From Kudoa neothunni (taxonomy: Eukaryota > Animalia > Cnidaria): DNA of 64,000 nucleotides. The notes under the pieces were generated by a model that searched no databases, was not told the DNA's origin, and was given only the letters and a program-made list of their open reading frames with translations. Position numbers and translations under genes: made by a program. The DNA lies in contig OZ199840.1 of NCBI GenBank assembly GCA_964304625.1, positions 4,130,490 through 4,194,489 on the forward strand, in the 5' to 3' direction. How positions within the stretch are numbered: the stretch's first letter is position 1; each line of letters starts with the position of its first letter. This document shows positions 52,653 to 64,000 of this stretch, in pieces.

Positions 52653-55600
52653 CAGACAATATCCGTTCGTGTGTTCGTTCGTGTCATGAGCGAACGAAGT
52701 TTTCTTCATAATTATAAACACGAATGAACTTTTCTGATCTTAAAATTTTTGACACGAAACACGAACGAAACCATTCGTGCGTTTCGTGTGCGAGGATGGT
52801 GATGAAGTATGTAGTGTAGCGGACGAGGGTCGAACACACATGTAATCTCCATATTTTTTCAACAAACACTGAATTTTTTTCGTTTCTTTCTTAGTTATTA
52901 ATGAGAAAGTTATTTATTATTACTATTTTGATTTTTTACTATTGTTATATAACGATTTTATATGAACTAACTTTAAATATAAACTTATTGCGTGTGTCAC
53001 AAAAAGATCTCATTTTTTATTATAATGAAAATACTTTTCGAATTTTAAAAAATAGATATTGATTTCGTACGATTTTTATTATTAAACTTCAGAAACCAAA
53101 TTTTTTAAAATGACAATAAAAAACTGTTTTACATTGCAGTATTTGTATTATATTGAAAAAAAAATATTAAGCTATATTTTAATTGTTTTGTAAGTTTTTG
53201 TGTATGTCAAAATTTGTAACAACAAATTCGGGCCAATGTACGAATTGGGAATATTACTAAGTGTAAACCCAATATTTTAACTAAGGTTATTATTTTGATC
53301 TATACACATATAATTGACTAAAACTAATGAATGTATAGAAACAACAATTTTTTGATTTCTAATAACAACATTTTTAATTTTATCGAATGTTATACTAAAC
53401 ACACACGTAAAAATTCCTCTAATAAAGTAATAACTTCATATAATCAACCTTTAATTATTTACCTATTGAAATTAAATGTTTATCTAAAATATAATGTTTA
53501 TTTATTTTTAAAAAACTCATCAGTCCTAAGAATATTAAGAAAATGCATTTTGAGAGTACGTAGTTGTCCTCGTTTTTGAACTATTCGTAACTAAAACCAA
53601 TAAAGACATGTATAAATAAATCTGATATTGTATAATTTATGTTTATATGCTAAAAAATATGAAGAACAACCAACTTATGAGTGATTATCAAAGCGAATTA
53701 GACAACAATTCAATGTTTGTTGAAGAAAAGATATTCGAATAACATGCACAAGCGGGCGTTTTTAGGTGGCACATACTTTACCATTACCAAAAAGATCTTA
53801 GATATGAAATTAATATTAAATTTTAAGCGAAGAAAAATATGAGGCATTGAATGTAAGCAATTACGATCTTTACCCTGATTTACTGGAATTTTTGAGATGT
53901 TACCTCATGTCATAATTTCATATTTTATTACCAAATACAAATTTGATATCATTTTTTTTAAAAGATAATTAAATTAATTTAGGAAACAGAACCTCGTTAT
54001 ATTAAGTTCCGCTATAGTCAAATCTGCCTAAACATTTTTTAGAATGATAAAAATACTTTCAAACCCTAATTTTATAAATCTAATAGTTAGAAGTGAATTT
54101 TTGAAGTGGCTAAGTTAGGTCTGTTCCGTTTTCTTTTGAGATAATACAAAATAAAACATAATAAAGAGAAGGAGTGAATTAAATTCACTCCAGAAGTGTC
54201 TTATTTTTAGTATTATTAGTATAAACTACTAATTTTCTTAATGTGTTCGGTTCAAGTCTATATCTAGACTTGGATAAAATTTTTCCAGCGTATGAAAACG
54301 CCCGTTCTGACATTGAGCTGGATGCTGGTTGGCTGTACACGTTAGTTGCAATTTTTTTAAGATTTTCATTCTTGGAGTTTTCCCAATAAACGAGCGGATT
54401 TTCGTAAACTTGGTTGACTTTTTCTCGGATGTACAGTTGAATTTCTGATTGAAAATCTTCTGAGTCACTATCCAGTTCATAACATATTGAGTGGGTTTTC
54501 AGAAGTTCCGAGCTCTTTGGGATTAATTCTAATTTTTTTAAAATATTTGTTACAAGAAAAGATTTACCATCAAATTTGTTTTTTTTATATGGGTAATTTG
54601 GTTCAGCCATGCCAGACAAAAGCGACTCAACGTGATTTATCACAAAATTTAATTCTTTATTTTGCAAAGACTTACACTCAATAAATTTGAATTTTTTAAA
54701 ATTTGGATGGAGAAAAGCTGCGATTTTATGGTTGATATCAATACATTGTGTGTATTTTTCGTCCAATAAACTTTCCAAATGCATACAATAATCGCCCATA
54801 AAAGTTTCACGTTGTTTTTGAATCATTGCTTTGATACGATGAAATACAATAAACACCTAACGATAATATAAAAAAACGAAACTTAAACGAATTACAAAAT
54901 GTGACGATGGCCTTTTCACCTGCTCCAACTGATCAAAGAAATCGGAAAATATTTTGAAAAATTCAGCTACAACAACGCATTCTTTCTTGTCCAATCCGTC
55001 AAAGTATTTTTTAGCTGGATGATTTTTTAGCACATCCTTCAAACTATCGAAACACGCCACTAACGTCCTATATCGATCGCTGAGGCCTCTCCATGGTCGC
55101 GTAGCTGAGCCCCATTGTATTTTCATTGGTAATTTTGACTGTAAATCCGCCGTTTTATGAACAGATCCGCACAGTTTGTCAACATTCACCCTTAGTATGG
55201 ATAAATCGGATGTGCTGTTTGTACTAAGATCCCAAGCTACACATAATAAAAAAATCGAAATTAGATATTATAGCGAAAGTAAAATTTATTTATAAACTTA
55301 GTGATAAAAAAGTGCAATCAATATATTAAAATACATAAATATAAACTATTTAAATTTAGATTATAACAGTTTTATCTTGATTTTCCAAACAGAATTATGA
55401 GAGATCAAGATAGCATATCGTTAAGTATATCACTTTTACAATTATTTACTCATCAAAATTTTAACATAAACTTAATACATAAAATACCTTGAGATATAAT
55501 AGTGTGAAGGCGGTGAGCAGCACATTTGGTTGTGTTGAACTCTCTTAGACCAGATAGGTTGTTTGCTGCGGAGTCACAAACAATTCTTAGATCAGATTCG

Positions 55601-56393
55601 CTAAGTGAAAATTTAATACAAAATTCCGTGCAGATTTTATTTATATTTTCGGCAGTGTGTTTTACAGGAAAATAGATCATGTCGTATTGGAAATGTTGAA
55701 GGGTGAAAGTTTTAACAAACAACACTGATATATCAATGAATGAGTTGGTTTTGGCATTATCATTCCAAATATCAATGGTTAGGCACATACTATTGTGACT
55801 TATTGTTGTAATTAATTTTTCCATTTTTAAATACATGCGCTCATACTCATTCATGATTATTTTTTTAACACATTTTTTGGATAAAATCTTAAGTCTAGCA
55901 CTAGGTTCATTGAACTTTTTGCCTAAGTTAAATGCGAAGTTTATCATCTCCGTAAACGATGCACTTTCTGTTATTGTAAACGGGGAGATTGTTTCAGCTA
56001 CAAAATTAGCAATTTTAGTGTCAAACATTACCTGATCTGATAGGCTTAAATTAACAATGGAGGGAGGTGAAACAAATAATTCATTAATTTTTATATTTGT
56101 ATTTGTTTTAGCATGTAACTTATTATGACTAATAAGCTTCCTATTCCCGTAAGACGACTTATGCGGGAATGCTTTGTTGCACTTTGTGCAAACAATAAAA
56201 TCAATTTGGGATGTTTCATCCCCCTTTTTAGTAAAGATGGAACAGAAACTGTCCCATTCTTTAGAACGCGTTGTAGATTTTTTCCAAGAGAAAAGTCTGC
56301 TAGTTTTCAAAGCCTCTTCAACACTTTCCACACTCCAGCCTGACATAGTGTGACTAAAAGAGGACACGAACACGAACGAACGGGCATTGTCTG
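52653..56393 (-). mobile_element. full-length hAT (hobo/Hermes-like) transposon, 3741 bp
   Basis: TIR CAGACAAT..CCGTTCGT at both ends; perfect 8-bp TSD CTTAGTTT (52645-52652, 56394-56401); subterminal CACGAA/TTCGTG repeats. Confidence 0.95.
54185..56346 (-). CDS. hAT transposase, apparently intact, 4 exons, 610 aa
   Basis: Exons 56346-55488, 55236-54896, 54856-54568 and 54528-54185 (GT-AG introns of 251, 39 and 39 nt) give 1833 nt without a stop. BED finger (W..F...CTKC...H...H), LTIDIW, VCDSAAN, CAAH, TRPW, AAFLHP and SERAFS are present. Confidence 0.9.
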
Positions 56394-59300
56394 CTTAGTT
56401 TGTAAGTTTTGGACATTATCCCCGTCTTTCCACCATTTATTACGATTAAAAATCAATTATTTTTCTATTTGTGACATTTTAGGCATATTTAAATCAACGG
56501 GTTTTGCTAATTGTGATAACGTAACTTTATTTACATTCGAACCCATTGGTCCACTTGCAATGCTACTGCTTCATCTGATTATTGAGAGCTCGACTACTCA
56601 AATTTTAATTGTATGTATACCTACAATGTTATTTATAGAGCTGATTTTTTTAAATTAATTGTATAAATTTAAAAAAATTTCCACTTTTCTTGGAAATGAA
56701 TCCATCCCGTATGGCATGCGAAAACATAACACATATAGTGGTGGGTTCCAATTTTGACCAAAGATGAAATCACTTATAAATGCAATCACATATTAAGAAA
56801 ATAAGGCGATATTATTTAAAGGAAATTATAAATATAAGTTAACTAAATCTATTCCTCTATTGTAGCTTTGAGTGCAGATATAAGACCATGATAAACTGAT
56901 CGAGTTAGACAAATGTGGTATATAGCAGTCACAGCACAAACTTCAACATCAACTTTTCCATTAAAATCATATCTATTGAAGCTGAGAGTTAATTTTATTA
57001 TAAATTTAATTCGTATGTAAAAATGTCAGGTTTATTAAAATAATTTAAATTAAGTTGATGAATATACTGAAGAAAAAAGGTAAACCAACATAATATTAAT
57101 GATAATAATGTATTTAGCTAAGTAATTGTAAATAAATGTATAAATCAAACAACGACACATAATAAATATAAAAGTAACTAATTTTGAGTCACATAATAAT
57201 TTTTATAAAGATAACCCATTCAATCCTAACTCAAGACTGTGGGAGGACCAAAGGGCAATAGATTAACTACTGTCGGGGTTCCGAGTAAAAATTAGAAATA
57301 ATATTTTAACAAATTTTTGATCGAAAATTAACGGATTATAAAAATTACCAAATATAGGCCCCTGATTATGTATTATGATTTATGTTTTAATGTTAAATAG
57401 CATTCATTATGAAGTGGGGAAAATATTTTTTTCGGCTAGATCTATTTTATTTCAAATTTTTAAAGAAATCATCAACATTTGTTAGATTATGATGTAAATA
57501 TCTTATAAAATTGATAGCATTTCATAGGATTAATTCTTATCAGACCATAGCATTGACACGTGAGCTAATGGATTCGGACGAAAGAAAATAAAGTTAAATT
57601 ATCAAAATTGGCATAAACTAGTGACTTTAATGTACATAAATTATTATAGATAGAAAAATAATTGATTTTTAATCGCAATAAATAGTTGAAAGGGAGGAAT
57701 AATGCCAAAACTTACGAACTAAGATAACGAAAACATTATTTTGTAAAAATCACAAATTTCATGAGAAAAAAATGTAATCACATGTTTTTAATTTCATATT
57801 TGAAATATCTAAAGTAGGAACAAAGATATTCATTGTCGTAAGAATAGACGACCCTGGAAGGGATTGATTATACGGTCTCGTAAGAATAGCAAGTGCCTTA
57901 TTTTATTTAAAAGTTAATCTCACAATTGTGCATATAAGTGTATCAATGTGAGGTTCGGATTTCTTCAATCTATTATCTCCTGACAAATGATCAGTATGGC
58001 TGCTTTTAATTCATTTAATGCGTCTTTTCAATGAATTCCGGAATATTTGAAAGATAAACCTAATTGCCGACAACAATTTTTAATGAACTTTTCCGCTTAC
58101 TTGATTGTAAGCCACCAGAACAGAAGATCTGAAGACCAAAAAAATTAGATGTTAACCCCCCTTCAAGCTTTCTCTTGGAGCATTAAGGTTAAAATTAAAT
58201 GAGAATAACACGTCGTTTACGGAAAATAGCAATATAAACGCTCTAGAAAGATTTAGTTTGTCCTGCACGCATAATAAGGTGGAGCAAACAAGTCTGCGAT
58301 GTGCGTGACAACATTATATGTATCGAGCTTTCAATAAAAACATTAACCTATGTGAGTATCCCCCAAAATAAATTATTTATTGTACATCATGTAGTTTTTG
58401 CCGCGTAAAACGTATTAATGTATGCGAATGTAGCTTAAAATATAATCCAATAATGGATAGAAATTAATCTGGATGGGTACGTCGAGCCCAAGTTCATCAA
58501 AATGGGGAGCGCCAAAAGGTCACCTATTAAGGGTTATTGCATCTCACATTTACAAAGGTATTTTCTCAGATCCATTATGCTTCAGATTCAAATGTTTAGA
58601 ATATTTAGCTGATAGTCTATCTAAGAAATATTAGCGATAAAATTGCAGAAACCAAACAAAACATTTCTAGCGAGCATCGCCTAATAAAAAAGCATTATCT
58701 GTTTGACAACGTTCGAGACAAACAAATAAATAAATTCTATTCTATTCCATTTTCTAATTACATTATATAAAAATTATTCCAATTTTACCTGATACAAATA
58801 TTAAAAATGAGCCAATTATTCAATTTCAAAAATAATATTATATTAAACTTTTCATTTTTCTTTATAGGATATTCATTTTTTCAAAATTCTTAAAGAACAC
58901 GTTTTATTCTTTATTTTATAGTATACATATAATATCATAGTTACGATAAATATTGTGGATAAATAACTAAATAAATCGGTAAAGAATTAATTTATTTGCA
59001 ACATTTTATTGATCTCGATATTATTTGCACAAGCTCACTGGCATTAATTTAAACCATTTCCCTAAACTTAACACTTAACACTTAACGCATGGATTTGGTT
59101 TTGATCCTTATAAAACCATACGAAATATTTGAAGTCATATTGACCCCAAGAGAGGGAGAGTGTATATATTCTCGGGTTGAGATGCGAGGAAGGTTTATGG
59201 ATCAAATATTGAAAAATATTTGAAACGATGCGTGGAATAGAACTTGAATGGATTACCATAAATATCATTTGAATGATTATCAGTTTTCTAATGATGCTGG

Positions 59301-59460
59301 CTACTAGCAGAGATCATAATATCCAGGTGAATGTAGTTAAATATTTTTGACTCATATCTACCTCTCTTAGTTATAAAAATAAATAGTTAAATACAGCGGA
59401 TTCCCCCAAATAAACTTATGACACCAACTGTAAATGAGGGTCCCCGCGATTAAAATGAAT

Positions 59461-59474
59461 CGCGCGCATGCGTG
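59461..59474. promoter_or_regulatory. NRF1-like motif without an adjacent recognised gene
   Basis: CGCGCGCATGCGTG in AT-rich DNA. Confidence 0.35.
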
Positions 59475-60494
59475 GGTGACATTTTTGATGAAAAATACCC
59501 ATACCAAGCGGCAATACCATTTCTAATTCATTCATATAGAGTCAAAAATAGATCATATATGACCAACACAAATTGTTGAAAAATTAAATGAAAAAATGTC
59601 CATTTATTAATTTTCGAATAGACCTAACTCATTTAATTAATTAATTAACTAAAAAGGTCCCAAGTAGAAAAATGTCGTTATCAGTTGAAATCAATATTGT
59701 GGTATACTAATCGCAGATTTTATCGCGTGAATAAAAAAATCTACTTATATCAGGGTTATTTTAGTTAAGCTGATAAACTCATCATAAACGTAAAAGTTCA
59801 ATTTAACCTATTACATCCTCGTACATTACTTCGAATATATTCCGATCGAATTATATATTAAGCATAGTATCATTGAGGTTTTTATTGATGTTTAAACTTC
59901 CGCAATTGGTTATTTCAAATTTATTTTGAAATATCTATCTTCTGATAATATGTACATACGTAATAGCACTGATAGAGTGATTAAAATTGATAGTTTTCAT
60001 TGTATTAGCCGGGATTCCATTGGAAATCGTATATTTTGAAACACCCAACTATTGCAATTAGTTTAGTGCCGATTTGAGTTCTTAGATCCTCCTAATAGGG
60101 CTCAAACTAATTCCACTTAAGATTATTTTTATGTTTGTTGGTGGTGATTTATGGAGATATTAAAGTTGATTCTCTAATATAATAGAACCATCCAAAATAA
60201 ACTCCAATCATAGAGGGTTTAAAAATACAGATAAATTAGCTCGAAACGAATCGATATTTGTCGAGTGGCCATCATTTCACCCCAAGTCTAGATTATTGGT
60301 CGGAAAATTAGCACTAATGGATGTATTTCAAATTAAAATAAAGTTTGAAAATTAGCCGCAATGGAACCGGCCACACAACATAAGGCATTATTCGTAGGGG
60401 GTTAGCTGCTGATTCATTCGTATGCGTGGGGATTAAGCCACATTGCGGCAGTAGGCTTTTCCTAATAGGTAGCTACTTTCGGAGAATTAGTTTA

Positions 60495-61559
60495 ATGGGT
60501 AGGAGTTGTTGTGTACCAAGATGTGTGTCGAATCGTAGACGAAATCGCGATGAAAATTACAAAAGGAATTCCACTTTTAAATTCCCCTCTGATCCCGCAT
60601 TAAGGCGTCAATGGTTGATAAATATCAATAGGTGAGCATTGCCAGTTTGTTTTGAATTTAAACTAATTGAAAAGACGTGCCCATTTTAATATTTTTTTTG
60701 TAGGGAGTTTTATGTTCCTACAGAAAACGTGGGTGTGTGTGAGCTTCATTTCGACGAAAAATACATTAACCGACCTAGTATTGGCCGATCTACTCTATTG
60801 AGAGGTGCAATACCTATTTGTATGAATTTTAATAGCGATAGGGTTCTGTATAATGATAATTTTTACATCAACGACAATAATGATAATAATGATAATAATC
60901 CATCACGAACTAATGAAAGCAGCGAATCTATTGTTATGGATGCTCTACATAATTCTACAATCGCCCCTAAAAAGTCACCGCCTAAATTAACATCGAGTCT
61001 TAGTGAGATTCTGCCACACAATTCAAACTATAAAGTTGAGGAAGAATTACATATTATGGCGTTTGAAGGCGACAGGATTGGCCAGACCAATGGAATAACT
61101 GACCCCCCTAAACCGTTTCGTCCTGACCTCAATAAATCAAGCGATGATGCGCTGTCTTACAGCCCTTATGACAGAATTCTAAGCGATATAAAGTAGTCCA
61201 TGTGTGGTGGAACCGCCTTTTTGAAATTTTTGAACCTTAGCGATTTCATTTCCGGAGAAACATACTTTTGCAGAGTTACCGACATCCTTCAAATATTTTC
61301 TCTCACCGACACAATTTCATCGTTTGAAGTTGCTTGGTGCCTTCATATTAGGCACGACATGACTTTTAATGTCAGTGTGAATTCGTTGGAAAAATGCTCA
61401 TTGGATGACACCTCTAATCAATCCAGGTTAAACTTATTTTATGAAATTTTTCATCAATCTTACGATACATTTCCTTCCACCATCCAAAGTACTGATATAC
61501 TCAAACAATTGCTGAATTTTATTGACTATTGCTACTCCTACGTCATAAGCGATTCCTGA
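60495..61559 (+). CDS. THAP zinc-finger protein (3 exons, about 314 aa), possibly P-element-transposase derived
   Basis: MGRSCCVPRC...FKFPSDPALRRQWLININR|EF...VCELHF...LLRGAIP gives the C2CH, P, W, F and AVP-box signature; introns 60632-60703 and 61193-61240 restore one open frame. Confidence 0.85.
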
Positions 61560-62559
61560 CTAACGTTTTTGTTTATTATCCGAATTTGATTTGGTTTTTT
61601 ATGTATTATATCATTTGTTCCACCTTTCTATTTCTTTTTTCACGCTGAATATTAATATTTAATATAGTTATTTGTTCGAGTTTTAAAAATTTAGTTGTTA
61701 ACTATTTCGTGTTTATTTTTCTTAGATATATATTGTTATATAATTATCAAAAATATAAAATTAATTTGAAAAAATACTTTTATATTTATTATTTGAATTT
61801 TGATGATATGCACTTAAATTTAAATATGTGCCGAGACTAAATGGTAATAGTAATTAAAAATTAGGATTTTTTTAATTTACGTTGTAAATATTACATTTTT
61901 AATAATTCTTCTAAATTCGTAATTCATCGATATAATTTAATACGTAACCAAGAAACAGCACGTCTTCTTTGGGCCATATTTGAATTTTGGAGTTTTTTTC
62001 CTCAACAATAATAGATATGGAGGTATATTTTTATACAGTCGATCTAATTTAAAACATTGATTAAAAAATTATCATTAATATTCAATCGAATTCTTTGATT
62101 TTGTTAAGGTAATAAAATATTAGAATGAAATGCTGCAAGTACTAAATAAAACCAGTTTAAAATGAGACATACTAAGTCTGTTTTAATTTATTTAACTTTG
62201 TTTGATTAAATTAATGAACAAATTGGTTTTTTATTTAGAAAACAACTTGCACTGAATTTGAGGCATTTGATCTGCGTGAACTTTTGACATCGTTGGCATT
62301 TATTGTACAAGGCGTAACGTCAGGAAAACACTTAACATTAGCGAATCGGATATTGTGAACAAGGGAGAATGATATAATTTTGCAGCTTATTTAATTTTTA
62401 AATTAATCATTCAAGGATAACGATGTCCTTCGAGAATTAACTATATTTTTTATTTTTTAAGAGACAATAACCACTCGAATACGGAATAGGGATAGTTCAA
62501 TACGTACAATGTTCTATTGTACTTTATTCCTTAATTTACTATTTCGCCTATGTAATAAC

Positions 62560-63300
62560 CAAGAGTTCATCATAATTGTATTGATACCCAATAAAGTATT
62601 CTAATGTAATATTTTCTACATTTATTGCTTGCAAGATATAAATATATGATATCCGATCTGGTATATCCATTCCGTCCATACTTTAATTGTAAGCATTTAA
62701 AGCATGAAGGTGTTTAATCTTGATGTTTTTTCTTCATTCGATTGAATTCATTAATTTAAAAAATTGCTTCGCACATCGGGTGCGTTGAAGATAAGTTAAA
62801 AAATAATCCATCGTACCATTGAGTTAAAAAAATTCATAATTTCAATCTTTATTACATTCGTATGCTCTTTGCAATTTTTCTTTAAAGATGTGCATCCTTG
62901 TAATCAGTTGGATCTAATGATTCCAGTGGAATAAATAAATAAAAAAAATATATGGAATTTTAATATGCTTTTCCCATAATTGTATGATATAATCACCTGA
63001 AAAAAGACCACAGTTCATTGATTCATAAACGGTTGTTCCATCATATCGAAGGAATTAGTAAACACTCATAGAAACACCGCATCAAATCAACATCTCAGAT
63101 GTGATTTTGTAGATTTCCTAGAAATATATTACCTTGAATAGCATCTTCCTTTTATTGGTATCACCTGTTCATCCACAAGTAACTTCCCTTCTGGCATGAT
63201 CTTGAATCAAGCAGATTTAAGACTTAAGTAGTCCAGGAATGGTATAATTTTCGAGCACCTATCAAAATCAGGAGCAGATTGTTGGGTAATTATTTTGTAC
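62560..63300 (-). pseudogene. highly decayed piggyBac transposase
   Basis: Minus-strand GKLLVDEQVIPIKGRCYSR*YI near 63120-63190 and MDYFF near 62800; many stops, boundaries approximate. Confidence 0.65.
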
Positions 63301-64000
63301 TTCTTATAAAATAAATAATGTTTGAAATCAGTTAAAATTCAACGTTTGAATATGCTATAGTAGCGAATAAAACTTAGAGCATTTTTCTAATGGCATCGAC
63401 ATCTAGATATTCTAACTATACAAATTTAGATAATTAATTCGATACACTTTTATATTTCGTCATTATCGAGTTTGAAACTATGATGAGATTGCTTGGAGTA
63501 TTTCATTTGTTAACACAAGATCTGTAAAGGCGACACATGAGTCACTTGAAGTAATCAATCGGAATAAAAAGTTCATTTGTTTTTTTAAAAGGCGCTTCGT
63601 ATTCCTAAAATATGCAAAACCAAACCACGTTGGTTTCAACATATCCCAGTTAAATTATGATTTTCGGTCTCTTTTGTTTTCATCGATAGACTCATTATGG
63701 TGTTTAGAGTAGCCATCGCATCTTTCTAAAATAACGAAATTTTAGCTGTATGGGAATTTCCCAAGTTTTAATAATATATAACAATTTCTTGATATATTTT
63801 TTCACTTGTCTCAGTAAAGCTTAATATATCGTACACCATAACTTCAACGCGTGTTGCTCAAATAATCATTAGTTTTCTGAATAGTTCCATACGATATTGA
63901 TGCATAATTTATTATTTGTTATGAAAATTTTGAAAAATGTTTAAAACTAATTTAGATGGTATATGTAAAGTGATTTCATGTATTTAATGTTATATGTTTG

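Larger units (their letters stand above)
52514..57897. mobile_element. Mutator-like element (middle of the nest)
   Basis: Ends GG-N5-GCTATTCTTACGA in register on both sides, an about 85-bp near-identical inverted repeat (52522-52604 vs 57764-57847), and a 9-bp TSD TTATTTTGT / TTATTTTAT. Confidence 0.75.
52301..58533 (-). mobile_element. piggyBac deletion derivative (outer element of a triple nest)
   Basis: TTAA|CCCTCAATAGGTGACC ... GGTCACCTATTAAGGG|TTAT; decayed transposase traces (NELKA..IL, LSGDNRL) on the minus strand near 57950-58025. Confidence 0.75.

Noticed and set aside
52665-52800. Clustered short repeats suggestive of a CRISPR or iteron array
   Set aside because: Irregular CACGAA/TTCGTG units at a hAT end, i.e. 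subterminal transposase-binding repeats; eukaryotic context.
54857-54859. In-frame TAG splitting the hAT transposase
   Set aside because: It is the AG acceptor of a 39-nt intron (54857-54895).
61194-61196. In-frame TAG between ORFs 60729-61196 and 61200-61559 suggesting stop-codon readthrough
   Set aside because: It lies within a 48-nt GT-AG intron (61193-61240) whose removal keeps the frame.

Overview
AT-rich eukaryotic (animal-type) genomic DNA with compact genes split by very short (about 39-60 nt) spliceosomal introns and separated by dense DNA-transposon debris. The architecture resembles a reduced parasitic metazoan such as a myxozoan or orthonectid; this is inference only. Host genes traced exon by exon: MSH5 (intact C-terminal half only, +), Greatwall/MASTL kinase (-), SLC25A38-like mitochondrial carrier (+), PSMD13/Rpn9 (+), TBC1D15/17 Rab-GAP split by a 3.9 kb intron (+), SLC7 heteromeric amino-acid transporter light chain (+), COG3 (-) and a THAP-domain gene (+). 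Transposons delimited by TIRs/TSDs include piggyBac, Tigger/pogo, hAT and Mutator elements, several of them nested. The most notable is piggyBac > Mutator > hAT, where the inner hAT has a perfect 8-bp TSD and an apparently intact, spliced 610-aa transposase starting only 47 bp from its terminus. Other points of interest: HKD instead of HRD and a truncated tail in Greatwall, a decayed MSH5 5' half, repeated Arg>Lys changes at normally invariant sites, AAG acceptors apparently chosen by intron length, and NRF1-like GCGCATGCGC motifs just upstream of housekeeping ATGs. No tRNA, rRNA, CRISPR or retroelement was recognised, and I found no convincing wholly new multi-gene system.
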